From NCBI RefSeq assembly GCF_004010195.1, contig NC_057718.1:92288765-92352764 (forward strand): a stretch of 64,000 bases of DNA. The letters run 5' to 3'. The notes beneath the pieces were generated by a model. That model was not told the DNA's origin. It did not search any database and saw nothing but the letters and a program-made list of their open reading frames with translations. This stretch comes from Chiloscyllium plagiosum. Taxonomy: Eukaryota. Each line of letters opens with the position of its first letter. Positions within the stretch are counted from its first letter, which is position 1. Positions 38,977-50,960 of the stretch are shown here, in pieces. A program made the translations under genes and the position numbers.

Positions 38977-39086
38977 CCCTGATGAAGGGCTTTTGCCTGA
39001 AACATCGACTCTCTTGCTCCTCGAATGCTTTTCCAGCACCACACTCTCGACTCTAACCTTCAGTATCTGCAGACCTCACTTTCACC
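38977..39086 (+). mobile_element. Penelope-derived family A fragment starting at the hammerhead core
   Basis: ctgatgaagggcttttgcctgaaacatcga...ctgcagacctcactttc. Confidence 0.8.
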
Positions 39087-39257
39087 ATTCTATGGTATAT
39101 TGATATTCCTTCATTACAAATGGGTTAACATCCTAGAGCTCTCTACCTAACTCCATTTTTAAATCATCGGCAGAAGGACTGCAGCAATTCAAGGCAAAGC
39201 ATCCTCACTACCTTCTCAAAACAACTAGGAATGGGAGATATATGTGTCCATGCTTAC

Positions 39258-42200
39258 TGTGATGATACTAAAGCATTAAGAGGTGTATTTTGTCCTTTGT
39301 TCTTATGAAGAAAGATTGACTCAATGGTGAAAGTGGTCTGCTCCCAAGCCAATAAAGCACTAGCTATTGAGGCCCTGGGTTTTTTTTTAAAGTTGGAACA
39401 ATAAGCGTAGCCTGAATGGGTGGGGTTAAGCTCCCACTCAACCAGGATTTTGCTTAGTTTTAACCTGCAACAACAGTTGCTGAGGTCTTGAAGCTGATCC
39501 ACTCTCTGTTACAGCTAAAACCTGGGGTGCTCTTTCTGCTGCTATAATTGCATGTGAGACAATATATTTTATTGAATTTGCCTTTGCCAAGGCTGTGCTT
39601 TTGGAATGTTAATATATGGAAAACGTTAATGAGTTAACATGTGTTATTTTGTTAAGCATTTTGATAGAGCTATGTTTAAGGCAATTATTTTCCTTTAGTT
39701 TTATTTTGCCTGTATTTTAATTGCGGTGTATGAATACAGTGTGTTTTGTTTCAAGCCTGGTAGTTTGACCAATCAAACTGCATCTGGAACACAATGCCTT
39801 ACACTTACCTTTAAAACAAGAATAAGTCAGGATCTAGACTATCTTCTTAATATATTTTGAGTGAGTTTGGTCTGGTCCATAAAAACATTGGGGGCTTTTT
39901 TCAGGATCAAAATCTCTAATTCCAGTTTGAGATTAGGATTATTGGACTCAAGGGCAGTCAGTGGTGAATGTTGGTGTTCTCTTTTCAGGTGTTGAATTCA
40001 ATTGGTTTAAATTGGTGTCTTCTGTAGTAATGGCTCTTTCAGTCACTAAGCATTTCCAGGAATGGAATAAGTCACTTCTGGAGTTTTACAAGAGGTGAGC
40101 AAGACAAAGCTTTTCCAATTGGCAGACTAGCTAGAGTGGGGGTTGCCTTTGTCTGTGTGAAAAGGGGAGTAATTGCAGCAAAAGTTCAACATTTATGATT
40201 GCCTGAAATGCCATCAGAATCTTTAGAAATGGCTAAAATTTAATTGTATATGAAGAAGCTTGAATGTGAAAAAGAAATGAAACAGTTTGAACTATAATCA
40301 AAAGCAGAGGAACATGAAAGATAAGGAATGCCCTAGCAGAAGAAAGGGAGAAAGAGAGAGTTTCTTAACTTCTTAATGTTGGAATTGGAAACTCAAACTT
40401 GACTTGAAATGGCAGATGTAGAGGTAAAATGTAGGAGTAGTGATGAGGACAGTGATGGAGAGAATCCCATCATAGCCAAAGGCCTGGTAGGGATCTGTTT
40501 AAGTATGTCCAAGCAGTGTCTAAGTTCAATGCGAAGGACATAGAAGTCTTTTTTACTTCATTTGAGAAAGTGGCTAGATGATGTGGCCGGCATTCCTGAT
40601 GAAGGGCTCCTGCCCAAAATGTCGATAGGCCTCATGAAATTGCAGTGTTGGTGCTTTAGAGAAAAAAAATTGGGAAATCAGATGTGAGAAAACAGGAGAA
40701 GCCAATGGATTTTGTTCAAATGGAAAGGAAAGCACAGCGGAAGCTAAAAAACTGCAAAAGAATGTACAACCTGGCCAGGGATTGGTTGAGAAGAAAATGC
40801 CAGCTCTCTTAAAAGAATTTGCTTGTGTGGGTAAGGTTTACTCATGTATGCCAAGAGGAATGGGTGAAGAAATTAAAATTTTAAGAGATTTGGGAACAAG
40901 TCAGTCTTTGCTGATGAGAGATGAGGAGATGTGTAATTCAGAAGGAGTATTGCTAGAAAAATTGGTAATATGTGTTACTCATGGTGAGAAGAGCAGTGTT
41001 CCATTATAAAACGTGAGGTAGGAGAGTCTGGGAAATGAAGTAGTGGTAAGAGTAATAGAGGAGAAAGTGAGGTCTGCAGATGCTGGAGATCAAAGTTGAA
41101 ACTTTATTGCTGGAACAGCACAGCAGGTCAGGCAGCATCCAGGGAACAGGAGATTCGACGTTTCGGGCACAGGCCCTTCTTCAGAGAAATTCTTGATTCC
41201 AGAAATACAGTTATCCTTAATAACATGGTGAGAAGAGCAGTGTTCCATTATAAAACGTGAGGTAGGAGAGTCTGGGAAATGAAGTAGTGGTAAGAGTAAT
41301 AGAGAAATTCTTGATTCCAGAAATACAGTTATCCTTAATAAGGATAAAGCTACAGTGATGCCTACTGCGGTTGAAAACTCAATAAAAGATTAGGCAACTG
41401 AGTGTTTTTTCTGACTGCGTGGTAACAAGGTCACAAAGTCACAAGCGGAAACAAGAGGAGAAATCAAAGAATGAAGATAAGGAATCTGACATTCAATTAA
41501 CAAAGACTATGTTTGATCAAATGGTTGAGAAAAATCAAGAATAGATGGAGGACAAAGTGGACATTTTTAGTTCAGAGAAATCATCAAAATTAAAACAGAA
41601 AGCTTAAAAGCTAAAGCAACTGTGTCAAAAAGCATATACAGAAGAAGAATCTCAGTATAATCCCAAAATGTTGCTATCTTAAAAATGAATTCTTGATGAG
41701 GAAATAGAGACTATCACATATTCAAGCAGATGAAAAATTGGCAAAAGTTCATCAAGTTGAATTATTGGTGGGTTATAGAAAGGAGGTTTTGTGGGTAGCA
41801 CATGAATTACCAGAAGGACGTCCTTTGGGAGTAAGGAAAACTCAAGCCAAAATTCAAAACCAGTTTTACTGACCTGGACTGCATCAGGATGTGGTTGAAT
41901 TTTGCTAGAGATGTCATACATGTCAGGTAATTGGAAAACCACAGGCAGTAATAAAACCAGCACATTTAATAACCATTCCCACATTTGAGGAATTTTTTAC
42001 AAGGGTCTTAATTGATTACAAGGGTCCTAATGAAACATAAAGTGGGAATCAGTATTTGTTGACTATAATGGATATGATTGCTAGGTTTTCAGAGGTCATT
42101 CTGCAATGTAGTATCACTTGCTAAAAGGGTTGTAAAAGAATTACTCAAATTCTTCACAAGATATGGACTATCCACAGAAATGCAATCGGATCAATGGTCA

Positions 42201-45089
42201 AATTTTATATCACAATTATTCAAGGAAATTATGGGTAGTTTAGGAATAAGACAATTGGAATCCACTGCATCCACCCAGAATTACAGGAAGCATTGGAACA
42301 GTGGCATCAAACTTTAAAAAACATGTTGATGTCTTATAGTCAGGACTAGCCAGAGGATTAGGATAAAGGAATTCCATCTGTGTTTTTTCTGCAATGAGGG
42401 ATGCACCTAATGAATCAACTAAATTCAGACTATTTGAATTAGTTTTTGGCCATGAGTTGAGAGGATGATTGAAATTAATTAAGGAGAAATTGGTAAGTCA
42501 GAGCTCAGAGACCAAACATTTGACTGTGTCAAATTTTTGGGAAAGATTAAGTAAAGTGGTGAATTGGTTAGACTGTATTTTAAGATAGCACAGCATATGA
42601 TGAAGCAGAAAACAGACAAGAAATCAAAATTTTGTAACTTTGCCAGTGGTAATAGTGTTAGTAAGTGAACCTTTAAAGGCAAGATTTAGTGTGTCTTGTC
42701 AAAACAAAAGGAAATTGAATGAGGTGAATTATTTAATAAGAATGCCAGATAGAAAGAAATGTCATAGATTCTGTCATTTGAATATGCTCAAAATGTAGTT
42801 TGATAGAAAGGAAAGCAAAAGGAGAATGTGCTATCGGTTACATTATAGAGTGAACAACTAAGTTCAGATGTACTGGTATTCATACCATTAGATTTTGGCA
42901 CCATTCAGTTCAGTTCTGGTACCTCAAATTAAATTGGACAATGAGGATATTCTCAAAAATTGAGATAAATTATTGAGTTTTCTTCCAGAGGAAAATCAAA
43001 ATAACCTGAGTTATTACAATCACATGGGGCATAATGTGGGTGTTAGCTGGGAAGTACTAATCTGATTATGCCTGGTGTTGATATCAGAAGTGTTGTTCCA
43101 ATTAAGCAACATCCTTACAGACTTGATCTCTAAAGTTAGTATGGTTTTAAAAAGAGATTGAACCCATGCTTAAAGATAACATAATTCAAGTGAGTTGTAG
43201 TAACTGGAGCTCACCCATTGTAATGGTGCCAAAATCAAATGGTATGGAATGACTATGTGTGGACTATCACTAAGTAAATGCAGTTACAAAATCTGATTCA
43301 TATCCTATTTCATGTTTTGAGAAGGTGGGACAAGCAACTTATATTTCAAAGTTGGACTTGCTCTGAGGATGCTGACAGGTACCTTTTTTTGAAAAAGCAA
43401 AGGAAATGTTGGTTTTTGTGACACCAAATTACCAGTCTTGCCATTTAGCATGAAAAATGTGCCAGCATTTACTCATAAAGATATTTTGGGATTACCCAAC
43501 TATGTGGTGTACATTGATGATATAGTGATTTTTAGTCACACATAGAAGGAATGTTTCGAGCATTTATCAGAATTGTTCGACTTACTTTGGGAGGGAGACT
43601 TTGGTGATAAACCTGGCTAAGACGGAGTTCGCAAAAGCTCAAGTTACATGCTTAGGCCATGTCAATGTGAAAACAAAGATTACTGGGGAGCTTCCTAGAA
43701 CAATACTGAAGAGGAAGTGGGACAATTCTTGGGATTGAGTGGCTTTTATTGGATATTCATACCGAATTTTAGCAGTGGGGTTCCTTCACTGACTGACTTG
43801 TTGAAGAAAACATAACAATTCAGTCAACAGAGGAATGTCAGAAGGCATTTGACAGCTTGAAATCTGTGTTAACTGCTGCCCCTTGTTAGCTACACGTAAT
43901 TATGCAAAGCTATTCAAAGTGACTATTGATGCAAATAATGTGGATGTTGGTGCTGTACTCTTGTGAGACAACAATGAGAAGCTAGAAGGACCTATTGGAT
44001 ATTTTTCCAAAAAACTGACTAATCATCATCAGATATATTCCATGATCGAGAAGGAGACTTTGAGCTTGGTATTGGCATTGCAACATTTCAACATTTATAC
44101 TGCCAGCAATGTGTCTGAGACAATTGTATACACTGATCATAATTCCTTAAAATTCTGGTCAAAAATTAAGGATTAAAATATCAGACTATTTAGATTGAGA
44201 TTATTATTGCTGCCATTCTATTTGAAAATTTTGCTTGTGGCAGGATGAAAGTATGTAATTGCCAATGCATTGTTGCGACTTTGATGAAGGAAGATGGAGG
44301 TGATCAGTGGACTGTAAAACGTACTGAAGTGGACTGTAGTAGTGAATGTTTGCATTCTTAGAGTATGTGCATTGTAGTCTACTAATGATGTAGGGCAAGA
44401 GATTTTTAAAAATAAAGACATTTTTATATTTTGATTTTTTTTAAGGGAAGAGGTGTGGTGATACTATAGCTTTAAGAGGTGTATTTTGTCTTTTTTTAAT
44501 GAAGAAAGATTGAGACAAAGGTGATCTGCTCCAAAGCCATGAAAGTAAACAGCTTGTGAGCCTTTCTTTTATAAATGTTGGAACAATAGAAGCAGTCTGG
44601 GTGGGTCAAGCTCCCACAAAACCAGGATTATTTTTCATTTTAGCCTTCAGTCGCAATTACTGGAGTCTTGAAGCTGAATGTGAAAGCTTTTATTCCTCTC
44701 TCTGTTTCAGCTAAATGCTGGGGTTCTCTTCCTGCTGCTATAATTGCATGTGAGGCAATTTATTTGACTGACTTTGCCTTTGCCAAAAGAGTACTTATGG
44801 CATGTTACTATATTGGAACAGTTAATTAGTAATAGTTAATATATACATTATTTTGTTAAGCATTTCTATAGAGTTACAGTGAAACCAATAATGTTCTTTT
44901 ATTTTTATTTTGTCTGCATTTTAATTATAGTGCATGAATAAAGTGTGTTTTGTTTCAAACCTGGTAGTTTGATTAATCAAATTGCATCTGAAGCACAATG
45001 CCTTACACTTACCTTTCAAAATAAGAAAAAATGTAGGTCTGGATTATCTTCTAAATATATTTTGAAGAGATTTGGTCTGGTCCATAACA
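39258..45089 (+). mobile_element. Decayed Gmr1-like Ty3/gypsy LTR retrotransposon (gag-PR-IN-RT-RH)
   Basis: LTRs at 39258-~39884 and 44454-45089; degenerate tRNA-Pro PBS tgggggcttttttcaggat at about 39889; PPT aagggaagagg 44443-44453. Motifs: gag DIEVFFTSFEKVA ~40540, PR ILRDLGTSQSL ~40880, IN CHTCQ ~41912 and QSDQWSNF ~42183, RT PIKQHPYR ~43098 and YIDD ~43510, RH YTDHN ~44129. Confidence 0.92.
41061..41182 (-). mobile_element. Young Penelope-derived family A fragment with intact hammerhead core, inside a 118-bp tandem duplication
   Basis: Minus strand reads ctgaaga-a-gggc(ctgt)gccc-gaaa-cgtc-gaat. The host segment is duplicated (40980-41223 interrupted; 41224-41341 intact). Confidence 0.85.
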
Positions 45090-48000
45090 CTGCATAATCC
45101 ATTAATAATACAAGGCTGAATACTGATGTTCTGAACTAAATGATTTATTGAACTACGTAAAGAAACAAATATAATTTGGTGATGCTGTGGTAAAATGCTC
45201 AGCCCACAGTGCTCTCTTCAGATCACAAACAAGTGTCAGGTGCCAGTTTCATACATCATTACTTTATTGGTTCATAAATCGATATGTTTTAAGGAGCTAC
45301 AAATCTTATCATGACATTGTTCTGCAAGCTCAGGTAGTAATCATCCTACTGTTGTTTCCCTTGTGATATCTGTCTTCAAAATAGGGAAAAAAAGAGAATA
45401 GCATTTCTGGTACTTTGAGTGATACTGAACTATAAAATCGCCATTGAATTTAAGTTTAAAGCTATTCAAAAATGTGACTTTAAAAATTCTGCTTTTTATC
45501 ACATGCCTTACATATTTTAAGATTTTAACAGAAACAAAGGTCTTTTTTAAAATTTATTTTTAATACCCTCCAAAACTCCTTTCTCTCACAACTGCATAAT
45601 TGGTAACTAATTTTAAATTGATAGAACTTCTTACATCAATTTATTTGAAACTAAAGCAGACAGAACTATATCTTATATTTGAGTTCTTTGGTTACAAATG
45701 ATTCATTTAACTTCATGATAAATTAACATATAATAAATTCCAGGAATTAAAACTAATAAAGTTCAATTTGATATTGTTGGAGTTTAAAAATAAAATGAAC
45801 AACAATGGAAAAGCTGGCATAAGATATATTATTTGCATTCTAGCCAAACTTCTAAAACCATAGACAGAAAAATAGTTCAAAGTAAACATTTCCATTGCAT
45901 CCTCACAAAAGGTAATTGAACTAAAATATTGTCATTTCATAGAGGCTGCCAGACCTATTGAATATTTCCACCATTTTCCATCTTTGTTTCAGATTCCCAG
46001 CATCCTCACTGTTTTATTTTTGTACTGTTGTGTTCTGGTCTTATTCTTCTCACATCAATTCTAACTATTTTTAAAGTCACTTTAAATTTATATTAATTTC
46101 TGTTTCCAGTTGGTGTATGGTTACTGCCAATGTCCAGGATGTTACTCATGTCCAGTATGCTTGAACATTTTTTTAAAAAGCGCAGCAGAAAAGGAAATGA
46201 TCTGCTTTGATCCAGGAACCCATCTCTTCTCACAGAAACGTAGGTTGGAAATATAAACAGCCAGGATGAATTTGACAGACACCGAATTCTTTTTACAATG
46301 ATAATAGTCATAGAATCATGATTTACATAATTATGAAAAAAGCAATAAAACTGGATTTCAGCTATGAAGATAACCTATTAAACAGCAAAACATGAATAAA
46401 TATTAGTCCAAAATTGGATCAATACATAACTTTTAAAAACCATATTAAATAAGAGAAAAAAACTTTCATAGTAAATCAACATTTGTTCAGTCCATTATGT
46501 GTATAGTGAACATTTAGTGTTCGTTTGTTTCTTCCTCATTAAAGAAGCCTCAATTTTTATTCGTTACGTTATATTCGAATATTTGCATTTCAAAAGTGGA
46601 CTGTAGAGGTCCTTCGTATGCTGAGGATCTAATGCGGCACTACACAAATATACGTTTCCATTTTCCGATTAATAAATGAGGATAGCAGAAAACGATCGTC
46701 TGTGGAGTTCAAGAACTTTCCTCTTAATGAAATCTCTCTTTCCACTCTTACTTTCCTATCAACTGTCCAATCAATTCAAGGGGAACCAACGCTACAGTAT
46801 TTCAACCAAGTTCCTGATGATCGAACAAATTACTATGAATAATTTAAATTTTAGAAATTCTAGGGTGTGTAGATTGTCTAGGCGCCAGGGATTGTAAAAA
46901 TCGAGATTGACCGAGGAAATCTGCAACTTCACTGTTTTACCTGTCTCTTAATTGATTTATGTATTTCGCAAGGCGCTCCCTGCCTGCCTCCGCAAGTGCT
47001 CAGTTAAATATTCTTTCGTATATTACTCTCTCCCTAACTTCTAACACTTCATCCAGCTTCAGGCTCATCTATGGAACTAGCTCCCACCAACTTCAGCCGA
47101 CCCCCATCGCTTGCATTGCCAGGTGAACACGCCGCATTCCTACTCCATCGAGAGCAACGCCGCGGGATAGGAACAAATTCTCAACAATGTGATCTCCAAA
47201 AACCCAACAATTTCCTCTTTCAGACTTTGATGGTTGTTCTCTTCAGCCTCAAAATATATAATTATCCGACTGGTATGAAATTGTAATATGATTTAGACTG
47301 ATGTATGTTGTCAGCTTCATAACGATGGTCTTTATCACAATAAAGTTGTTTCATACAAAAGATAATATGTAAATACTTTGTTGGTTCGAAATCTATTGCT
47401 GATGGTCTGGCTCAATTGGAATGTTGGCTTGTTAAGTCTGATTTTCCCCTCTTCCCGGCGAAGGTTAGTACGAACCTTTCAGTTGATACTCACGTTTTTA
47501 TGTAAAAGGCCATTTTTACGCGATCCTGAAATACACGTTAATTAAACCGTCAGCTGAAGAAGGTAACTTGGATTCGGAAGCGTTTTCTGAAACTGACATC
47601 AGCTGGGAGGCTTTCTCCCCTCGGTAGGAGAGGCGAGCAATGTTGTACCTGCCACCTAATGTTACCACAGATCGTTAGGTAAAATTGTGTGGAAGCGCTC
47701 TTCTACATTTGTTGAAAAAAAATGTAAACATAAAAGACCTATGGGAAGGAAGGATCAGAATAAAAGCAAACGGCTTTGGTGCCACGACCCCAGCAATATA
47801 AATGTTAGGATCGTTTGAGTTGGTATTCTCGAGGTTTATCACATAATAGTGTGAATGGGTAAATTATAGAGCCACGGCGGGGGTGCTGTAGCGATTTTCT
47901 CTACACGAAGATGTAACATTCCCTTTATTTCTGTAACATATATAGGGCAGACCACCAGATGCCTCGTATTATGGGTTCGGTTGCTAGGTAAGTATGAATA

Positions 48001-50049
48001 CCAATCGCAGCACGAGAAAGACATCACGGATACAGGCTAGCACAGGTGAGGAACTATCAACTTACACCAAAAATAGACCAAAGGTTAATTCTTTTAGGCA
48101 AAGTTTGATATTTCCCATTAAACAATATAAATAACCCCAATCTTCCCTCCAAAAGCATGATGGTATTGCTCAGCCACAGTGCAATCGGCAATCGTTTCGA
48201 AGTCCTTTCGTTTTAGGCACTGGTGGTCAGTTAATTTAAAAAAAAACAGGAATGGAAAATTTTTCATATTTCCGTCGCTTAAACGTTTTTGTATAAGCTA
48301 TCAGATCAGCATATAATCACAGCTCTGTGAGATTTCGATACAAGATAATTTGTATGCGTCGGTGCCTTGTGTGTGAAATGCTCTCGTTCCGCAGTATAAA
48401 TGCCCAATCTCGAATTGGGTGGCTATAATATATCTCCATAATTTCGGCTGTTGAATGCTCTGAAATTTAAGAATTGATATGAAAGCGTGATTTGGTGAAT
48501 ATATCCAAACGTGGCGTCCAAATTGTGTGTGTTGTTCAGCTCTCAAGTACTCGCACTTAACTGAAATACTCGCTATGAAATCAAACAGTATGGTTTAAAT
48601 GGTGAAGTGGTGTGTTTCTCTAATTTCCCTTTAAATCTGTTCGGTACATTCCCATCTGTACGTCTCTGTTATAATGAAGTTGTTTTATCTTAAGTGGGAA
48701 AGAAACAATTCCTGTCGCATGTTGTTAATGATCGCTGCGAACAAGATATGAGCGAAGCAGCAAAAGGCTGGAAGTCATGTTAACCCATAGGTTTACCTTT
48801 TCTATTAACCCTACTGTTGCAGCCTCAGGAAGATTCCTATGACTCCTCCTGACAGGAGTGGACCAATACAGTTCCTCGTGTGAAAGTCCGAAAAAGCGAA
48901 ATATATTATTGAGTTATTCACATTTTATATCTGTGTACATTAAAATGTAAACACACAAAGAGCCAAACATAATTGGAAAAGATATAAACCCTAATAAATT
49001 AGAAAGGGATTCCAACGATGTTGTCATTTTAAATACAAGTTGTTATATTGATAATAGGAAAACAAAGGGCTGTATATTTTAAAGACCATGAAGACCACTT
49101 TCTGCTTAATCTGTGAAAGCGTTTGCCTCAGAACTTCCGCCAAATAGTCGTAAAGACATGAGCATTTTGCATTTGGTACAAAAATCGGTTACCGTCGCAA
49201 TATACACAAAAGGTATGTTCGTCTGCCTTTGGGAAAAACTCAAGAAACTTCTAGTTGTAAAACGGCGTGTTATTAGATAAGTATCCTTACCATAATCGCC
49301 TCAATGAAGATCTTAGCTTGTTTTCTTTTAAATGCTGACAGTCACTGTTGCATGGGAACCATGGTATAAAAGTTTTATTTCGACAAAAATGTTTTTTCCT
49401 ACCACATGAATTATACGCAACCTGTCTTTTTTTTTAACCAGGTACTTGAAAAAATGAGTTACTGAACTGGAACGGATAAGTCGCCTGCTGAATTTGACGA
49501 TTAGCTGATTATTTATCACTCCATTCAGGCAATACCAGAAATCTCCAAAGTTGCATCTTTCAGGTACACAGTGTGGGACTTGACCTACATTGTAATTCAT
49601 TTGAATTTCTAAATTTGTGGTATTATTGCAAAATTTGTAAGACAAAATGTCAGCTGAATTTCAGGAATATCACAAAGTACAATATCTCTTACACCATTTT
49701 AGTGGTAAACTGAAAAGGAGTTACTATATCGAGAAATAATTATACAATTTAAAACGTATTTAAAGATAGTTACGTTACTAGAGTTTGTAACAAATGTTCC
49801 AAATGCAGACCAACCTCAGTTAACCAACGCGAATAAACGACTTACGGAAATGATTACAAATGTTAAACATTGATCACTCAATCGGTGCGCATGCTTTTTT
49901 TAAATGTGTGAATGAGACCCCAAATGTACAAATCGTCCTCCTGGCTGGTTCTTCGTGTTATCTGAATCGAACGAATAATTGAATCCAAGGTTGTCGCGAA
50001 TGAATTTCGTCAATCGTCAGATAAAACCTGCTCCACATAAAACACTATG

Positions 50050-50960
50050 CCAAATGTTGCAAGTCTCTCTGACTAGTCCCTGGGCAGCCAGATAATTCAG
50101 AAACTATTTGTATTAGCTGTTTATCAAATTATTAACAGCACAGATGTTGTTTGGCTGAAGAGCAGCTGAACCTCTATCTCTAAGACAGTGAAACAAAGGT
50201 CTGCAGGAATAATTGTAGATGTGCATGGAATATTAAATTAATTTACTGCACTTAATTCTTATGCAAATCCTGACCCCTGATGCAGCATATCAATTACCCC
50301 TCTGCACAGGAAAAGGAAAATACTCCTTTTTTTGTGATTCAGGAGGAAAAATGTTGAAAAGCATCAGACAGCAATACCAGTCGATGGTATTACCATATTA
50401 ATTTACAACAGATGATAAATACAGTTCTTCAGACATATGCAGCTTTAGATAGCTTTAGTGTTGGCAACAAAGACAAAAAAAATCTAAACAAGAGGCTTGC
50501 AGAAAGCTGCAGCTGTCTAAATGTGTGTGATCAGGCTGTTTCTATGTGGCTGAAGGGACTGGTCAATAAAACCTCGAGCCCCCTATTTTAAGCTTTCATC
50601 ATATTTTTAATGAGGAAAAATGAATACGATGAATAATGCAGTTGGAACCTTCCTCGACCTTTCGGAGACCCCAGCGGTGAAATGATGTTTCTGTCTCCCT
50701 TCGTCACATACAATATGTGCTGCCTTTCAGCTCCCGGTAGCACAAACAAAAGCCTTATAACAATATCAATTAATCATGCGGCAGGCAAACAAGGGTATTT
50801 ATTCCCACTACAAATAGCCTCACAGTGAGCGCATGAATGGCCGTGATTAGCATGAGAAAAGAGGAGCAAAACTCGACAGTTCAACAGCTAAAGAGCAATT
50901 TGATGGGGCTGGGATGGGGAAATTGCTTGATTAGTGTCTGTTGAAGGAGCTGACAATTAG
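50050..50960. promoter_or_regulatory. Candidate conserved non-coding element cluster
   Basis: Dense TAAT/ATTA, atgcaaat, E-box (cagctg, cagatg) and forkhead-like (gcaaaca) sites; no ORF. Confidence 0.4.

Noticed and set aside
39254..45093. TSD for the Gmr1-like element
   Set aside because: The flanks ttac and ctgc match at only 2 of 4 positions, so no TSD is claimed.
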